IMG/VR virus record: IMGVR_UViG_3300018475_000120
Span: 1 to 64,000 of that record
Reading direction: 5' to 3' (one strand)
Length of the DNA stretch: 64,000 bases
Origin: a virus
Taxonomy: Duplodnaviria; Caudoviricetes
The notes under the pieces are model-generated. The model saw only the letters and a list, made by a program, of their open reading frames with translations, was not told the origin of the DNA and did not search any database. The number at the start of each line of letters is the position of its first letter. The stretch's first letter is position 1. This document shows positions 27,921 to 39,256 of the stretch, in pieces. Made by a program: the position numbers and the translations under genes.

Positions 27921-30017
27921 ATGGCTACTACAACCCTAAACACCCGTATTTTACTAAAATATGACTCTTATGAAAATTGGCTAACTAATAACCCCGTGTT
28001 AAAGAAGGGCGAATTAGCAATTGCTTATCTTGACCAGGAACACGCCACTGAGGCTACTAACTTTCAAAACATCCCCAACGTAGTCCTCAAAGTAGGCGAT
28101 GGCACCAACCACTACAAAGACCTAAAATTCGTTTCCGGTCTAGCCGCAGACGTATATAGTTGGGCTAAGGCTCCCACTCGTCCTGAATACGAAGCCAAGG
28201 ACATTAAGGGCCTATCTGATTACATTGCTGGCGAAATCGAAGATACCGATACTCAGTACACCATCGTTAAGGTAACTGACTATCAATACAAACTCCAGTC
28301 CAAGGCTAAGGGCGAAGCTTCCTTCTCCGATACTGGTGTTGTAATTGACCTACCCAATGATACCGCCGCTATCACTGCTCTACAGAACAAACTAGTTGGT
28401 ATCGACGATACTGTTACCGCTTATGTTGCGGCTCAGATTGCGGCCCTATCTATTGGCGACTACGCTAAGAAAACCGAGGTTCAGGCAGTTTCCACCGAAC
28501 TAACCAATTACAAGACCTCTAATGATGCTGCCCTACAGGCCGTAAGCAACGACTTAGCTGGCTACAAGACCACCAATGACGCCGCTGTCAAGGCTAATGC
28601 TGACGCTCTTACCGCTATTAAGGACCACGAATCCGTTGATAGCTTCGGCGATGTAATGACCGAAATGGCCAAGTATCAGCTTGCTGGCGACTATGCCACC
28701 AAGGCTGAGGCTCAGGGCTATGCTACTGAAGCCGCCAATGGTAAAGACGCTGCCATCAAGGCCGCAAAAGATGCTGCTGATGCTGCTCAGGGCGAAGTTG
28801 ACGCTGTTGAACTACGCGTAGACGCTCTAGAAACTCACAAGACTGACTACGAAGCCAAGGTAAATACCTTAATCGGCGACGACGCTAACAAGTCTGCTCG
28901 CGCTATCGCTACTGAAGAAGCCAATAAGAAAGACGCAGCTATCGCGGCCGCCCAGAGCGCTGCTGACGCTGCTCAGGCTGATGTAGATGCTGTTGAACTA
29001 GACCTAGGTAATGTTGATAGCCTATCTACCGAAAACAAGACCGTTGTCGGCGCTATCAATGAAGTCCTAGCTGCTGTTGGCACTGGCGGCACTGCTGCTG
29101 TTGTTACCATGACCTCCGATACCACTACTGCTGGTATGGCTAAGTCCTACACCATTAAGCAGGGCACTACCACTGTTGGCGTAATCGATATTCCTAAGGA
29201 TATGGTAGTTGAGTCTGGTTCCGTAGTTGTAAATCCCGAAAGCCAGGCTGAAGGCACCTACATCAAACTAGTTCTAGCCAATGCTACCAACGATGAACTC
29301 TATATCAACGTTGGCACTCTAGTTGATATCTACAAGGCTCAGGCTAGCGCCGCTCAGGTCCAGTTAGCTATTGATAGTTCTACTCGTGAAATCAGCGCTT
29401 CTATCGTTGCTGGTTCTATCACTTCTACTGAACTAGCCGCTAACTCCGTAATCACCGAAAAGATTGCTGATGGCAATGTAACCAAGGCCAAGCTATCCAG
29501 TGCCGTTCAGGCTTCTCTAGACAAGGCTGATGCCTCCGCTACTGCTGCTGATTTAGACGCCGCTGAACTACGCTTAGATGCTATTGAAGAGCAGTTAGGC
29601 GATGGTGGCTCTGTTGCCGATCAGATTGCTACCGCTAAGCAGGAAGCTATTGAAGCTGCCGCCGGCGATGCTACTACTAAGGCAAATGCGGCCCAGGCTG
29701 CTGCTGAAGCTACCGCTAAGGGTTATACCGATGGCGAGATTGCTAAACTAGGCGATATGGCTAAGGAATCTAAGGCTGACTATGTTGCCAAGTCTGAGGC
29801 TCCTGGTTATGACGATATCCTAACCCAGACCGCTGCCGCTGCTGCTTATGAGCCTATTGGTTCTCAGGGCAAGGCTGAAGCCGCTGCTAAGGCTTATACC
29901 GATCAGCAGATTAATGGCCTAGCCGCTGTTGCTAAGTCTGGTAATGTAAACGACCTAGTGCAAACCGAAGGCGATTACATTATCTTCGATTGCGGCACTT
30001 CTAACACTGTAATGTAA
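27921..30017 (+). CDS. Long Ala-rich coiled-coil fibre protein with Mtd_N domain
   Basis: NWLTNNPVLKKGE...LKVGDG; AKAYTD repeats; IDIPKD motif. Confidence 0.8.
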   Translation: MATTTLNTRILLKYDSYENWLTNNPVLKKGELAIAYLDQEHATEATNFQNIPNVVLKVGDGTNHYKDLKFVSGLAADVYSWAKAPTRPEYEAKDIKGLSDYIAGEIEDTDTQYTIVKVTDYQYKLQSKAKGEASFSDTGVVIDLPNDTAAITALQNKLVGIDDTVTAYVAAQIAALSIGDYAKKTEVQAVSTELTNYKTSNDAALQAVSNDLAGYKTTNDAAVKANADALTAIKDHESVDSFGDVMTEMAKYQLAGDYATKAEAQGYATEAANGKDAAIKAAKDAADAAQGEVDAVELRVDALETHKTDYEAKVNTLIGDDANKSARAIATEEANKKDAAIAAAQSAADAAQADVDAVELDLGNVDSLSTENKTVVGAINEVLAAVGTGGTAAVVTMTSDTTTAGMAKSYTIKQGTTTVGVIDIPKDMVVESGSVVVNPESQAEGTYIKLVLANATNDELYINVGTLVDIYKAQASAAQVQLAIDSSTREISASIVAGSITSTELAANSVITEKIADGNVTKAKLSSAVQASLDKADASATAADLDAAELRLDAIEEQLGDGGSVADQIATAKQEAIEAAAGDATTKANAAQAAAEATAKGYTDGEIAKLGDMAKESKADYVAKSEAPGYDDILTQTAAAAAYEPIGSQGKAEAAAKAYTDQQINGLAAVAKSGNVNDLVQTEGDYIIFDCGTSNTVM

Positions 30018-30294
30018 TAAAACTCAAGGGAGAGATTAATTTCTCTCCCTTTTCTTTTTTATCTATTGAGGAAAATTTTTTGTAAAAGCGCATCTAAAAA
30101 ATTACCTTAAAAATGATAAGAATAGCCGCAAATGAAATGACTTTGCCGCGTTCTCCTATATAATTTGAAAATGATAATTTGATGGAGAAACAGTATCGCA
30201 TATTTCTTCATCACTTTGAGGGCTTTCTTTAATAGGAAAGCCCTCTTTTTTGTTATACTTTTATCCTAAAATAAAAAGGGGGGGCGCGATTGTA

Positions 30295-31371
30295 ATGAAC
30301 ATTAACAGTCGCATTATAAACAAACACGACACCGAAGCGAATTGGCTTACTGCCGCGGATTTTGTTCCAAAAATCGGTGAAATAGTAATCTATGACGCCG
30401 ACACAACAACCCCATATGCGCGTTTAAAGATTGGTGATGGCACTACTCCAATTAATAACTTACCTTTTGCTGATATAAGAGATACTGCTTTATATAAAAC
30501 ACCACAGACTTTAACCGACGCAGAGGTTGAACAAGTTCGTATTAATCTTAAAGCAGCAGGTGAAAACGTAGCTGGTCAATCTTTTGATATCGATGGGACC
30601 GCAACTACCGCAGGCGAAAATGCCGAAATTTTTAATGACTATAAAAACAATATCGCTGCGGGCAAGTATTCCCACGCAGAAGGATACCAAACGACCGCAA
30701 AAAGTAGTTATTCCCATGCGGAAGGTTATGACACACTCGCTGCTGGCGCGGCCGCCCATGCAGAAGGCTATGATACCAAGGCAACTGCCCGCTATGCTCA
30801 CGCGGAAGGTGCCTCTACTACTGCATCCGGTAATAACTCTCACGCTGAAGGCAACAACACCACTTCTTCAGGTCATTATAGCCACGCGGAAGGTAATTTC
30901 ACAACCGCCGCGGGAGGATATTCTCACGCAGAAGGTAATTACGCCCAAACAGGAGAAGATGGCACTTATGCTCACGCAGAAGGTAGTAATACCAAAGCGC
31001 TTAAAACGGGTGCTCACGCGGAAGGTAATTATACTGAAGCAAATGCCGTTTTCGCTCATACCGAAGGTTATTATACCAAAGCGGGTTCTCCTTATCAACA
31101 TGTGAGAGGTAAATACAATATTGTTGATGAGAATAATACATATTCAACAATTATTGGTAATGGCGACGCCGATAGTCGTAAAAATATCCACACTTTGGAT
31201 TGGGATGGCAACGCTTGGTTCACTGGAGATATTTATGTTGGTTCCACTTCTGGTATTGATAAAGATGAAGGTAGTAAAAAGGTTGCTACAGAAGACTATG
31301 TTCTTACTAATTTTATCTCTGCTAATAATGAATTTTTTATTGATGGCGGCACAGCCGCGGATGTTATATAA
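30295..31371 (+). CDS. Fibre/adhesin with Mtd_N domain and YadA-head-like SHAEG repeats
   Basis: KHDTEANW..FVPKIGE; about 11 tandem ~14-aa HAEG repeats. Confidence 0.85.
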   Translation: MNINSRIINKHDTEANWLTAADFVPKIGEIVIYDADTTTPYARLKIGDGTTPINNLPFADIRDTALYKTPQTLTDAEVEQVRINLKAAGENVAGQSFDIDGTATTAGENAEIFNDYKNNIAAGKYSHAEGYQTTAKSSYSHAEGYDTLAAGAAAHAEGYDTKATARYAHAEGASTTASGNNSHAEGNNTTSSGHYSHAEGNFTTAAGGYSHAEGNYAQTGEDGTYAHAEGSNTKALKTGAHAEGNYTEANAVFAHTEGYYTKAGSPYQHVRGKYNIVDENNTYSTIIGNGDADSRKNIHTLDWDGNAWFTGDIYVGSTSGIDKDEGSKKVATEDYVLTNFISANNEFFIDGGTAADVI

Positions 31372-31425
31372 GGAAGGGAATAAATTCCCTTCCTTATTTT
31401 GAAAATCTTTGTGAGGTGAATAATT

Positions 31426-32100
31426 GTGGCAGAAAAAAATCTCATTGGTCGCATAATTCATAAACATGACGTTGAAGAAAATTGGTTGAAAGCAACTAAT
31501 TTTGTTCCCAGACAGGGCGAAATTATTGTTTATGATATTGATAGCACCTACAATTATGAACGTTTTAAAATTGGTGATGGCACTACAAACATTAATACTT
31601 TACCTTTTGCCATTGATATTGCGGGCGCAGCATTTGGCACTGTTAAAAGCGGCGGCGACGTAACGATTGCTAATGGTATTATTAGTATTAATGATGACTC
31701 CCATAATCACAGCGTTAGCACTATTAATGGTCTACAAGATACCTTAGATGAAAAGGTAGCGCGTGATGAACTGGACGAAGAATTCCTCGCGGCACGCGGC
31801 AACTGGGATATTAATGATGAGAACGATGCTTCTTATATCTTTAATAGAACTCACTATGTTAAAGATGATGGTAGCGTTCAAAAATTAGAGGAAATTTTCT
31901 TACCAGATACCGTTCTTAAAAAGGCTAATGTGGTAAATAATTTAACTTCTAACGCAACTGATGCCCCTTTAAGTGCGGCCTAGGGCGCTGCCTTGAATAT
32001 TTTAATTAACAATAAAACCAGCAATAACGCTATTCAAACTGCGGTAAGTAGCTTTATTTCTGCTATTTCTGTCGCCGATATTGAAGCGATTTGCGTCTAA
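31426..32100 (+). CDS. Mtd_N-domain fibre protein (TAG=Gln at 31981)
   Basis: KHDVEENWLKATNFVP; readthrough gives the common fibre motif APLSAA(Q)GAAL and ends IEAICV-TAA. Confidence 0.8.
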
Positions 32101-32114
32101 TTAGGAGGCCAATT

Positions 32115-32972
32115 ATGTTATTTGAATTTTTAGATAAAACCGGCCTTAGTCGTCTTTGGGAACTAATTGTCGCCAAGATAGAGGCTAAAACTTCCTCTAT
32201 TTCTGTTGATAACTTAACTGCGGGCGAGAATAATCCCACTATTCCTTCTGAACTTCTTCCTCCCGTAGAAGATGAAGTCCAAAGTTATGCAAATTTTGCG
32301 AGTTTCCCTGATACTGGTGAAACAGGCGCAATATACATTGACCGCTCTACAAACAAAACTTATATTTGGACTGGGTTAGAGTATGCGGCCTTAACAACCG
32401 ATATTGCCGCGGACACCGCCTTAAATTCTACAAGCATCAACCCAGTTCAAAATAGAGTAATTACTACCGCAATTGAGCCTATGTTGGTTGTAGATGCAAA
32501 CGATGCTACCCAAGGTGAGGCCGCGGATGTAAATGCGGACCTATTAGGCGGCTTGCCTGCTTCTTCTTACATTACTAAAGCAGAATCTACTTTAGCACAG
32601 AATGAAATTTATATTGGCCCTACGCAACCTACTGACGGCCAACTTCTTTGGATTGATACCTTAGCAGAAGATGTAATGGCTATTACAGTAGATAATGCCA
32701 CTAAGTTAAATGGCTTGCCCGCAAGTTCTTATGCATTAAAACGCGACCTTACCGCAAGTGGTTTAATTACTGATGAAACTCTTACTGTTTCAGGAGCTGC
32801 CGCGGATGCTTTAGTAGTGGGTAATAATTTAACTGAGATTAGGACTTTAATTACCAGTCTTCAAGAAGCGCTTGAGAACTGTGTGAAATACAATGATACT
32901 GATATGACTGAAGAGCAGAAGACTTCACTACGTGAAACCTTAAGTATGGTTTACTTAGATGAGGAAGTTTAA
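32115..32972 (+). CDS. Tail-fibre-associated protein, paralogue of 38251-39240
   Basis: LGGLPASSY repeats; C-terminus TEEQKTSLRETLSMVYLDEEV. Confidence 0.75.
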   Translation: MLFEFLDKTGLSRLWELIVAKIEAKTSSISVDNLTAGENNPTIPSELLPPVEDEVQSYANFASFPDTGETGAIYIDRSTNKTYIWTGLEYAALTTDIAADTALNSTSINPVQNRVITTAIEPMLVVDANDATQGEAADVNADLLGGLPASSYITKAESTLAQNEIYIGPTQPTDGQLLWIDTLAEDVMAITVDNATKLNGLPASSYALKRDLTASGLITDETLTVSGAAADALVVGNNLTEIRTLITSLQEALENCVKYNDTDMTEEQKTSLRETLSMVYLDEEV

Positions 32973-32983
32973 GGAGAATTACT

Positions 32984-33598
32984 ATGAGTGAAATTATGAA
33001 ACCTAACAGTCCTCTTAAATTAGGGGGGGGCGGGCTAAGCGTCTACCCGCTTACTTCTTCCGATCAAATTATTCTTCCTGATGGTTCTCGTTGGGATGCC
33101 GAAGCTCCAATTTCAATAGAAGGAGGCGGCACTGGAGCCGCAACTATTGAGGGAGCTAAATAGAATCTTGGACTTGCGACAGTCGCGACAAGCGGAAGCT
33201 ATAATGATTTAACTAATACACCCTCCATCTTTACCCCATTAGACGCCTATCCGGTGGGGGCGATTTACCAATCCTATGAGAGCACCAGTCCGGCCAGCCT
33301 GTTCGGCGGCACCTGGACGCAATTGACGGATCGGTTTCTGGTGGGTGCAGGCAGCAGCTATGCTGTGGGGGCTACGGGGGGCGAGAAAACGCACAAGCTG
33401 ACGGTTGAGGAGATGCCAAACCATGCTCACGGGATTAACACAGGTTGTGGCAGCGTTGTAGACGCTGGCGGTATCGTTCTCCGTGGTTGGTCGGGCGATT
33501 CATACAAAACGCTTACTTCTGGCAGCGTTGGTGGCTCTGTCGCACACAATAATATGCCCCCCTATCTGGCGGTGTATATGTGGCGAAGGACGGCATAA
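32984..33598 (+). CDS. Baseplate/tail-collar-like protein (TAG=Gln at 33161)
   Basis: MSEIMKPNSPL...YPLTSSDQIILPDGSRWD...AK*NLGL...AYPVGAIY...HNNMPPYLAVYMWRRTA. Confidence 0.8.
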
Positions 33599-33610
33599 GG
33601 AGGATACAAA

Positions 33611-33967
33611 ATGGAAATTTATGACAAGCAAGGAAACTTATTAACGGAATATGACCTTAACTTGGGCAGGCTTGAAAGCTCTACTCGCATTGTGCATCAC
33701 CCCGCTGTTGAAGGCACGGAGGAACAATGGCATTGGGAAGTTATTGCGGAATACCCTAATGGCGGTAAAGACATAGAAAAGGTAATTGATGTTCCTGGAG
33801 TAATGACGCAAGACGCGTGGGATGAAGAAATCCCAATTAATATTTTCGTGCCTTATACTGAGGAAGAGAAACAATTAATGGAAGAAGAAGCTAATAAGCC
33901 AACCGATGAAGAGCGTCTTGAAGCATTAGAAATGGCATTATTAGAACTAATTGGGGTGAGCTTGTAA
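33611..33967 (+). CDS. Tail-fibre-associated protein
   Basis: EYPNGGKD...PTDEERLEALEMALLEL, typical downstream of fibre genes. Confidence 0.7.
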   Translation: MEIYDKQGNLLTEYDLNLGRLESSTRIVHHPAVEGTEEQWHWEVIAEYPNGGKDIEKVIDVPGVMTQDAWDEEIPINIFVPYTEEEKQLMEEEANKPTDEERLEALEMALLELIGVSL

Positions 33968-34065
33968 TGATTAAATTTTTAGTAAATCAAATTCGTTTAA
34001 AGCGCATTACTTTAGAACAGGTTCCAGAAAAATATAGGGAACAAGTCGCGGCGCAACTACAATAA
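33967..34065 (+). CDS. CD1375/XkdX-like small protein
   Basis: MIKFLVNQIRLKRITLEQVPEKYREQV; overlapping TAATG junction. Confidence 0.65.
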   Translation: MIKFLVNQIRLKRITLEQVPEKYREQVAAQLQ

Positions 34066-34131
34066 ATTAATCAAAAGGGGCAGAGCGGTCCTCTGCCCCA
34101 TTCTTATTAACATTATAGGAGAGATTTAAAT

Positions 34132-35172
34132 ATGTCATATTTAAAACCATAGAGTCCTATAAAGAACTCGAACGACCATATTTATCCCCTTACCACATAT
34201 GACCAAATTATTATGCCAGATGGCAGTCGTTGGGATGGCGTGACTGCTCCCACTGATAGCTTTGTTCAAAAATCTGGCGATGAAATGATTGGCACACTTA
34301 CTACTCCGGGTTTAGTTCTTAAAGACGTAGGCGGCGGCAGCACTACTCTTGCTTTTAGCGATGGGACAGGCGAAGTTTTGAGTTATTTACAAAGCAATAC
34401 CGCCACAGGCGCGCTTACTTTTGGGCAACAAACCGCGGGTGCCAAGTATAAGGAATTATATAGATTCCCCACTGCTGATGAAACTTTAACCGAAGATACA
34501 GTTTATGAGCTATTAACTACAAAAAATAGCGTAAAGAGCGTTAATGGCGAAAATGGAGAAGTTACTATTACTCCTGAGAAAATTGGCGCAGTTAAGACTA
34601 CTGGCGATACTATGACAGGAGCACTTACTCTTCAAAATGCTGGTTTACGATTCCGAAATGAAAGTGGCTCCTTAATAGGAAGAATTACGATATCTGCTGA
34701 TTCAAAAAACTTTAGATTTTTACAAAATTATGCTGAAAATGAGCCTTATGAATACTATGCCCTTCCCCCAGCTTCTCAAGTTAGTGGTGATAGTAATGTA
34801 TTATATAGTATTCTAACTTCTAAGAACCCCGTCACTGTTGCTCAAGGTGGTACTGGTGCTACTGACGCGGCGACCGCTCGTACTAATTTAGGTATTACTC
34901 CCGGCAATATTGGCGCAGTAGTAATGCGGCTAGGCACAACAACTCTAACAGCAGGTCAAACCAGTTGGCAAGCAACCGTAACTGGGGCTTCTTATTCTCC
35001 CGATGACAATCTTATTATTATGCCAGCTCCTGAAAGCCATACTGCCTACCATAAAGCAGGCGTATATTGTACTGGTTTGGTGGAGGATTAGGTTCTTGCT
35101 TTTACTGCTTCTAAGGCTCCTGCCTCAGATTTAACAGTTTAGATTTTAATTTTAAGTAATAACGGAGGTTAA
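34132..35172 (+). CDS. Tail fibre protein (three TAG=Gln), paralogue of 39257-40531
   Basis: MSYLKP*SPI...YPLTTYDQIIMPDGSRWD; PVTVAQGGTGAT; TAG at 34150, 35089, ~35140. Confidence 0.8.
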
Positions 35173-35178
35173 TAATAT

Positions 35179-36306
35179 ATGGCAATTTTTAATATGGGCA
35201 GCATAGTTAATGAGCCTCCTGTATTGGATAGTAATTATCCGGCTGATGTTACAGTAAGAGAAAGTGCCACAGCAAGCGCAACTTTCAAAATTGTCATTGC
35301 TACTCATGGTACTCCTGATGAGTACACTTATTAGTGGTATGTTAATGGAACTGCGGTAAGCGGAGCTACAGGTGCTTCTTATACTAAGAGCGACTTAACA
35401 AGAGTAGATACAACTGATACTTTGAAAGTAAAAACTTTTAGTGTATATTGCGTAGTTACTAATGATGCCGGTAGCGTTGTAAGTAGAACAGCTACTTTAA
35501 CTTTAAAGAGTGCTTTACCTACCTTAGCTTCTGGTAGTGCCGCGATTACTCGTCGCAACAGTTACGATTGGGAGATGAAGGTGACTGGTACAACCACACT
35601 AAAATTCTCTGATTTAGGTAATTGTAATGGTACCGTTCAAGTATTCTGCGTCGGTGGCGGAGGCGGTGGTTCTCGCTTTACTGACAGCAACTATTATGGC
35701 GGCGGTGGTGGAGGTGGCGGTTATACCAAAACTGCTTCTACTTCTATTGCTGTTAATACTAACTATGTTATGACAATTGGTTCTGGTGGTGCTGGTGCTA
35801 CTTCTGGTATGCCTGGCAGCGCTGGTACCGCAACTTAGGCTTTTAATAGCGCTGTTGTCGCTAACGGTGGTTCTGGCGGCGGAAACTGGTGTGCAGGCGG
35901 CGCAGGAGGTTCCGGTGGAGGTGGCGGCGGCTATAGTTCTAGTTCCTCTAATAAAGGCGGCAATGGCGGCACAAATGGAGGAAATGGCGCAGCTGGAAAG
36001 GCAGATGCTTCAGACCGCAAAGGTGGTTCTGGTCAGGGTACTACTACCAAGGCTTTCGGACTTAGTTCAGAGATTGCCTATGCTGGTGGAGGCGGAGGCG
36101 GAGCTGGTATAAATAGTAGCGGTTCAACCTCTGGCGGCTATGGCGTTGGTGGCACATATGGCGGTGGAGACGGTGGAAGATATGGGCCTGTCACTAACGC
36201 TTTGAATGGCATTGCCAACTCTGGTGGTGGCGGTGGTGGAGCTAAAGCTCAGAAAGCTGCCGGCGCGCAAGGCGGCTCTGGTATTATAATAGTTCGTAAT
36301 AATTAA
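35179..36306 (+). CDS. Ig-like plus glycine-rich tail protein (two TAG=Gln)
   Basis: YTY*WY Ig motif; VGGGGGG...GGSGIIIVRN glycine-rich domain. Confidence 0.8.
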
Positions 36307-36317
36307 CGGAGGTCATT

Positions 36318-36572
36318 ATGGATTACGCTCAATTAGATGAAAATAATGTTGTAATCAACATCTTATATTTTGACCCTGCGTATGGTTGCTCTGAACAGTT
36401 AAAAACTGAATTAAATTTAGTATATGTCAATGGTTATCCAGTATATCATGGAGATACCTATAATTTTGAAGAGCAACGTTTTTATCGTAATGGCGAAATA
36501 GTTTTATCTTATCAAGAAGAGTTAGAAATGGCTCTACATATCATTTTAATGGGGGTGGATGTGAATGTATGA
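36318..36572 (+). CDS. Tail assembly/fibre-associated small protein
   Basis: YAQLDENNVVINI, typical after Gly-rich tail genes. Confidence 0.7.
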   Translation: MDYAQLDENNVVINILYFDPAYGCSEQLKTELNLVYVNGYPVYHGDTYNFEEQRFYRNGEIVLSYQEELEMALHIILMGVDVNV

Positions 36573-36999
36573 TTTAATTAAAGAAGCACGTCGTGTACGC
36601 CCTTATATTGTAAAGGCCGCGATTTCTTTAGATGATAAGGAAATTAGCGAAGTTCCTGAGCTTTGTGATACTATGAAATATAGCGGTTCGCTTATTCCTT
36701 ATCAAACTCGTATCAATTGGTATGGTAAAGTAAAGCGTGCTGTCGTTGATTTATGGGATACCGAAGAAAATAACCCCGATAATGCGCCTTCTTTATGGGA
36801 AGATATTGCTTATAAACAAGGCTATCGTTATATTCCCGAAACTATCACCGCGGCTTCTGCTTTTGTTAAAGATGAGCTTGGTTGGTGGAAGGAAACTTCA
36901 CTATATAAGTCCCTCATTGACGCTAATGTCTGGACTCCCGAAGCATATCCTGCTGGTTGGGAGTTAGTAAGAACTGAAGAATCTCCTATGATGGAATAA
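36565..36999 (+). CDS. Virion protein with carbohydrate-binding-like (CBM5/12-like) motifs
   Basis: NPDNAPSLWEDI...YKSLIDANVWTPEAYPAGWE. Confidence 0.65.
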   Translation: MYDLIKEARRVRPYIVKAAISLDDKEISEVPELCDTMKYSGSLIPYQTRINWYGKVKRAVVDLWDTEENNPDNAPSLWEDIAYKQGYRYIPETITAASAFVKDELGWWKETSLYKSLIDANVWTPEAYPAGWELVRTEESPMME

Positions 37000-37017
37000 T
37001 TTAAGGAGAGATAACAA

Positions 37018-38205
37018 ATGGCTGTTTTAAAATATAAAGACCAAACTGGTAAATTTATTTGTATTCCCGCCATTCAAGGTCCCGCGGGCGGTGTTGTAGA
37101 CGTCGCCCAGAGTGCCACACCCGGCTATTTAACCGTTACTAATAGTGATGGTACTACTGAAGAAATTTCCGTATGTTTAGGACACGGTGGCGGCGGAGAA
37201 GGCTCTGGAGTTTCTGAAATTATTGTAAATGTTTCTGAGCCTGCTTCTACTGATATAAAGTTATGGATTGACCCCGATACTGGCGCGGGCTTAATGAAGT
37301 ATCGCGGCACTGATAATACTTTCAGCGTAATGCCTGGTGTTTTTAGTGTAACTGAAAGCGCTACTAAGGGTTATATTACCGTAAAAAATAATGACGGAAA
37401 CGTTAGCGAAGTTCCTGTCGGCGATCCCAATGCTCTAATTAAAACTGGCGATACCATGACTGGTGCTTTGAATATGAATGGCGCAGTTATTACTTACAAG
37501 ACTGCTGAAAATGTTCCTATGGCACGTTTTGGTATTAGTGCTACAAATCAGCTAAGATTCTGGGAGTTCAATAGTGCTGGTACTAATTATGAATATTATA
37601 ATTTGCCTGCGCCTGATTTAAGTCGTACTTCTAATCAAGAGTATAAAATCCTAACCAATAAACAAGCAGTATCCGTAGCAGAGGGTGGCACGGGCGCTAC
37701 TACTGCCGCGCAGGCCGCCATTAATCTTAATGTGCTTCCGCTTACCGGTGGCACAATTACTGGCGACCTAAATGTTACCGGTAAAGTTACTGGCGCGGTC
37801 TGGAACGACTATGCTGAATATCGTAGCGCAGAGGTAATAGAGCCTGGCCGTGTAGTTGTAGAAGATAATGATGGCATTATGAAACTTGCGGCCCATCGCT
37901 TACAGCCTGGCGCAGAAATCATTTCTGATACTTTTGGCTTCTCTATTGGTGAGTCCAAAGACTGCCGCACTCCTATTGCTTGTAGTGGTCGTGTATTAGC
38001 TTATACCTACGAAGACCGTAATGAATTCCAACTTGGCGAAGCCGTATGTAGCGGCCCCAATGGTACTGTTAGTCGTATGACACGCGAAGAGATTCGTAAT
38101 TATCCTGAACGTATCATCGGTACAGTATCTGAAATTCCTTCTTATGAAACTTGGGGTGCTGGCGGCGTTAAAGTTGATGGCCGTATTTGGATTAGAATTA
38201 AATAA
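37018..38205 (+). CDS. Tail fibre with C-terminal intramolecular-chaperone (peptidase G2/IMC-like) domain
   Basis: VSVAEGGTGATT; GAVWNDYAEY...PIACSGRV. Confidence 0.75.
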   Translation: MAVLKYKDQTGKFICIPAIQGPAGGVVDVAQSATPGYLTVTNSDGTTEEISVCLGHGGGGEGSGVSEIIVNVSEPASTDIKLWIDPDTGAGLMKYRGTDNTFSVMPGVFSVTESATKGYITVKNNDGNVSEVPVGDPNALIKTGDTMTGALNMNGAVITYKTAENVPMARFGISATNQLRFWEFNSAGTNYEYYNLPAPDLSRTSNQEYKILTNKQAVSVAEGGTGATTAAQAAINLNVLPLTGGTITGDLNVTGKVTGAVWNDYAEYRSAEVIEPGRVVVEDNDGIMKLAAHRLQPGAEIISDTFGFSIGESKDCRTPIACSGRVLAYTYEDRNEFQLGEAVCSGPNGTVSRMTREEIRNYPERIIGTVSEIPSYETWGAGGVKVDGRIWIRIK

Positions 38206-38250
38206 TTTATATGGGAGGGCATATGCCCTCCCTTATTTTGGAGGTAATTT

Positions 38251-39240
38251 ATGTCAGATTACCAAGAATTAGCCAATAAAGTATATCCGCCTTCTAATTT
38301 TTAGGATGGTAATGTACTTTATGGAGCAGATTTAAACACAGTTGAGAATAATATCATAGAAATGGAAAAGCGTTTGCGGACCGAGCCTTTTAGTGTAGAA
38401 AGACTCAGCGGCGGCGTTAATAATGCAAGAATTTCTATTGATTTGCTTCCCACGTCCTTAGATGACATTATGGAATTTGAAACTTGGGAAGCTTTAAATG
38501 CTTTTACTGAAAAAGCAGAAGGCAAATTATATATTATAAAGAATACTAACGCTATTTATCGTTGGGATATTGCGACGGGTGTTTTTATTGAAATGTCCGC
38601 GGGAGACATTGTTCGTGGTGAACCCATTGAAGAAGAAGATTCTTATGGCTATAATAATGCCATTTCTAATAGTAGTGTTGTGAAATATTTTGCACGCACT
38701 AAAGATTTTGAAGAACAAGACCCCAATTGGACTGGTATCGACCCCAACACTCTATATTTATATAATTCTGATATGTTAGGTGGCCAGCCCGCAAGTGCTT
38801 ACGTGCTAAAGTCTGAATTAGGCGATGATGACGGTAGCGGACAAATAGAATATGTTGCTACGGATACTCAAAAACTGGGCGGCATTGTAGCAAGTGCTTA
38901 CGCTTTAAAAAATGATTTAGCTCCCTTGTCTAATAATATCAATACCCTTATAGAATAGCAAGTTACTCTTCAAACAAAAGTGAGCGAACACGATACAGAT
39001 ATTGCGACCCTACAAGATACTATCGCGGCCTTAGAAGCAGAAAATGAAGAATTTACTACACAAGTGGCGACTTTAACGAATGATAATACCGCATTAAAAT
39101 CTCGTTTAGCCGAGGTAGAAGAAAATATTACTTCTCTTGCCGCGATTGTAGCTAATTGCGTCCAATACAGTAATATGACTGAAGAACAAAAAACTTCTCT
39201 TCGTACTGAATTAGATTTAGTTTATTTAGAAGAAGTATAA
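38251..39240 (+). CDS. Tail-fibre-associated protein (TAG=Gln at 38302 and 38956)
   Basis: Joins ORFs 38362 and 38980 in frame; GGAGG RBS; C-terminus matches 32115-32972. Confidence 0.8.
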
Positions 39241-39256
39241 GTAAAGAGGTGAGAAT

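Noticed and set aside
30660-31100. ~42-bp periodic DNA repeat
   Set aside because: Explained by SHAEG protein repeats with synonymous divergence
25779-32100. Diversity-generating retroelement suggested by Mtd_N domains
   Set aside because: No reverse transcriptase and no template/variable repeat pair with adenine-specific mismatches seen in the window
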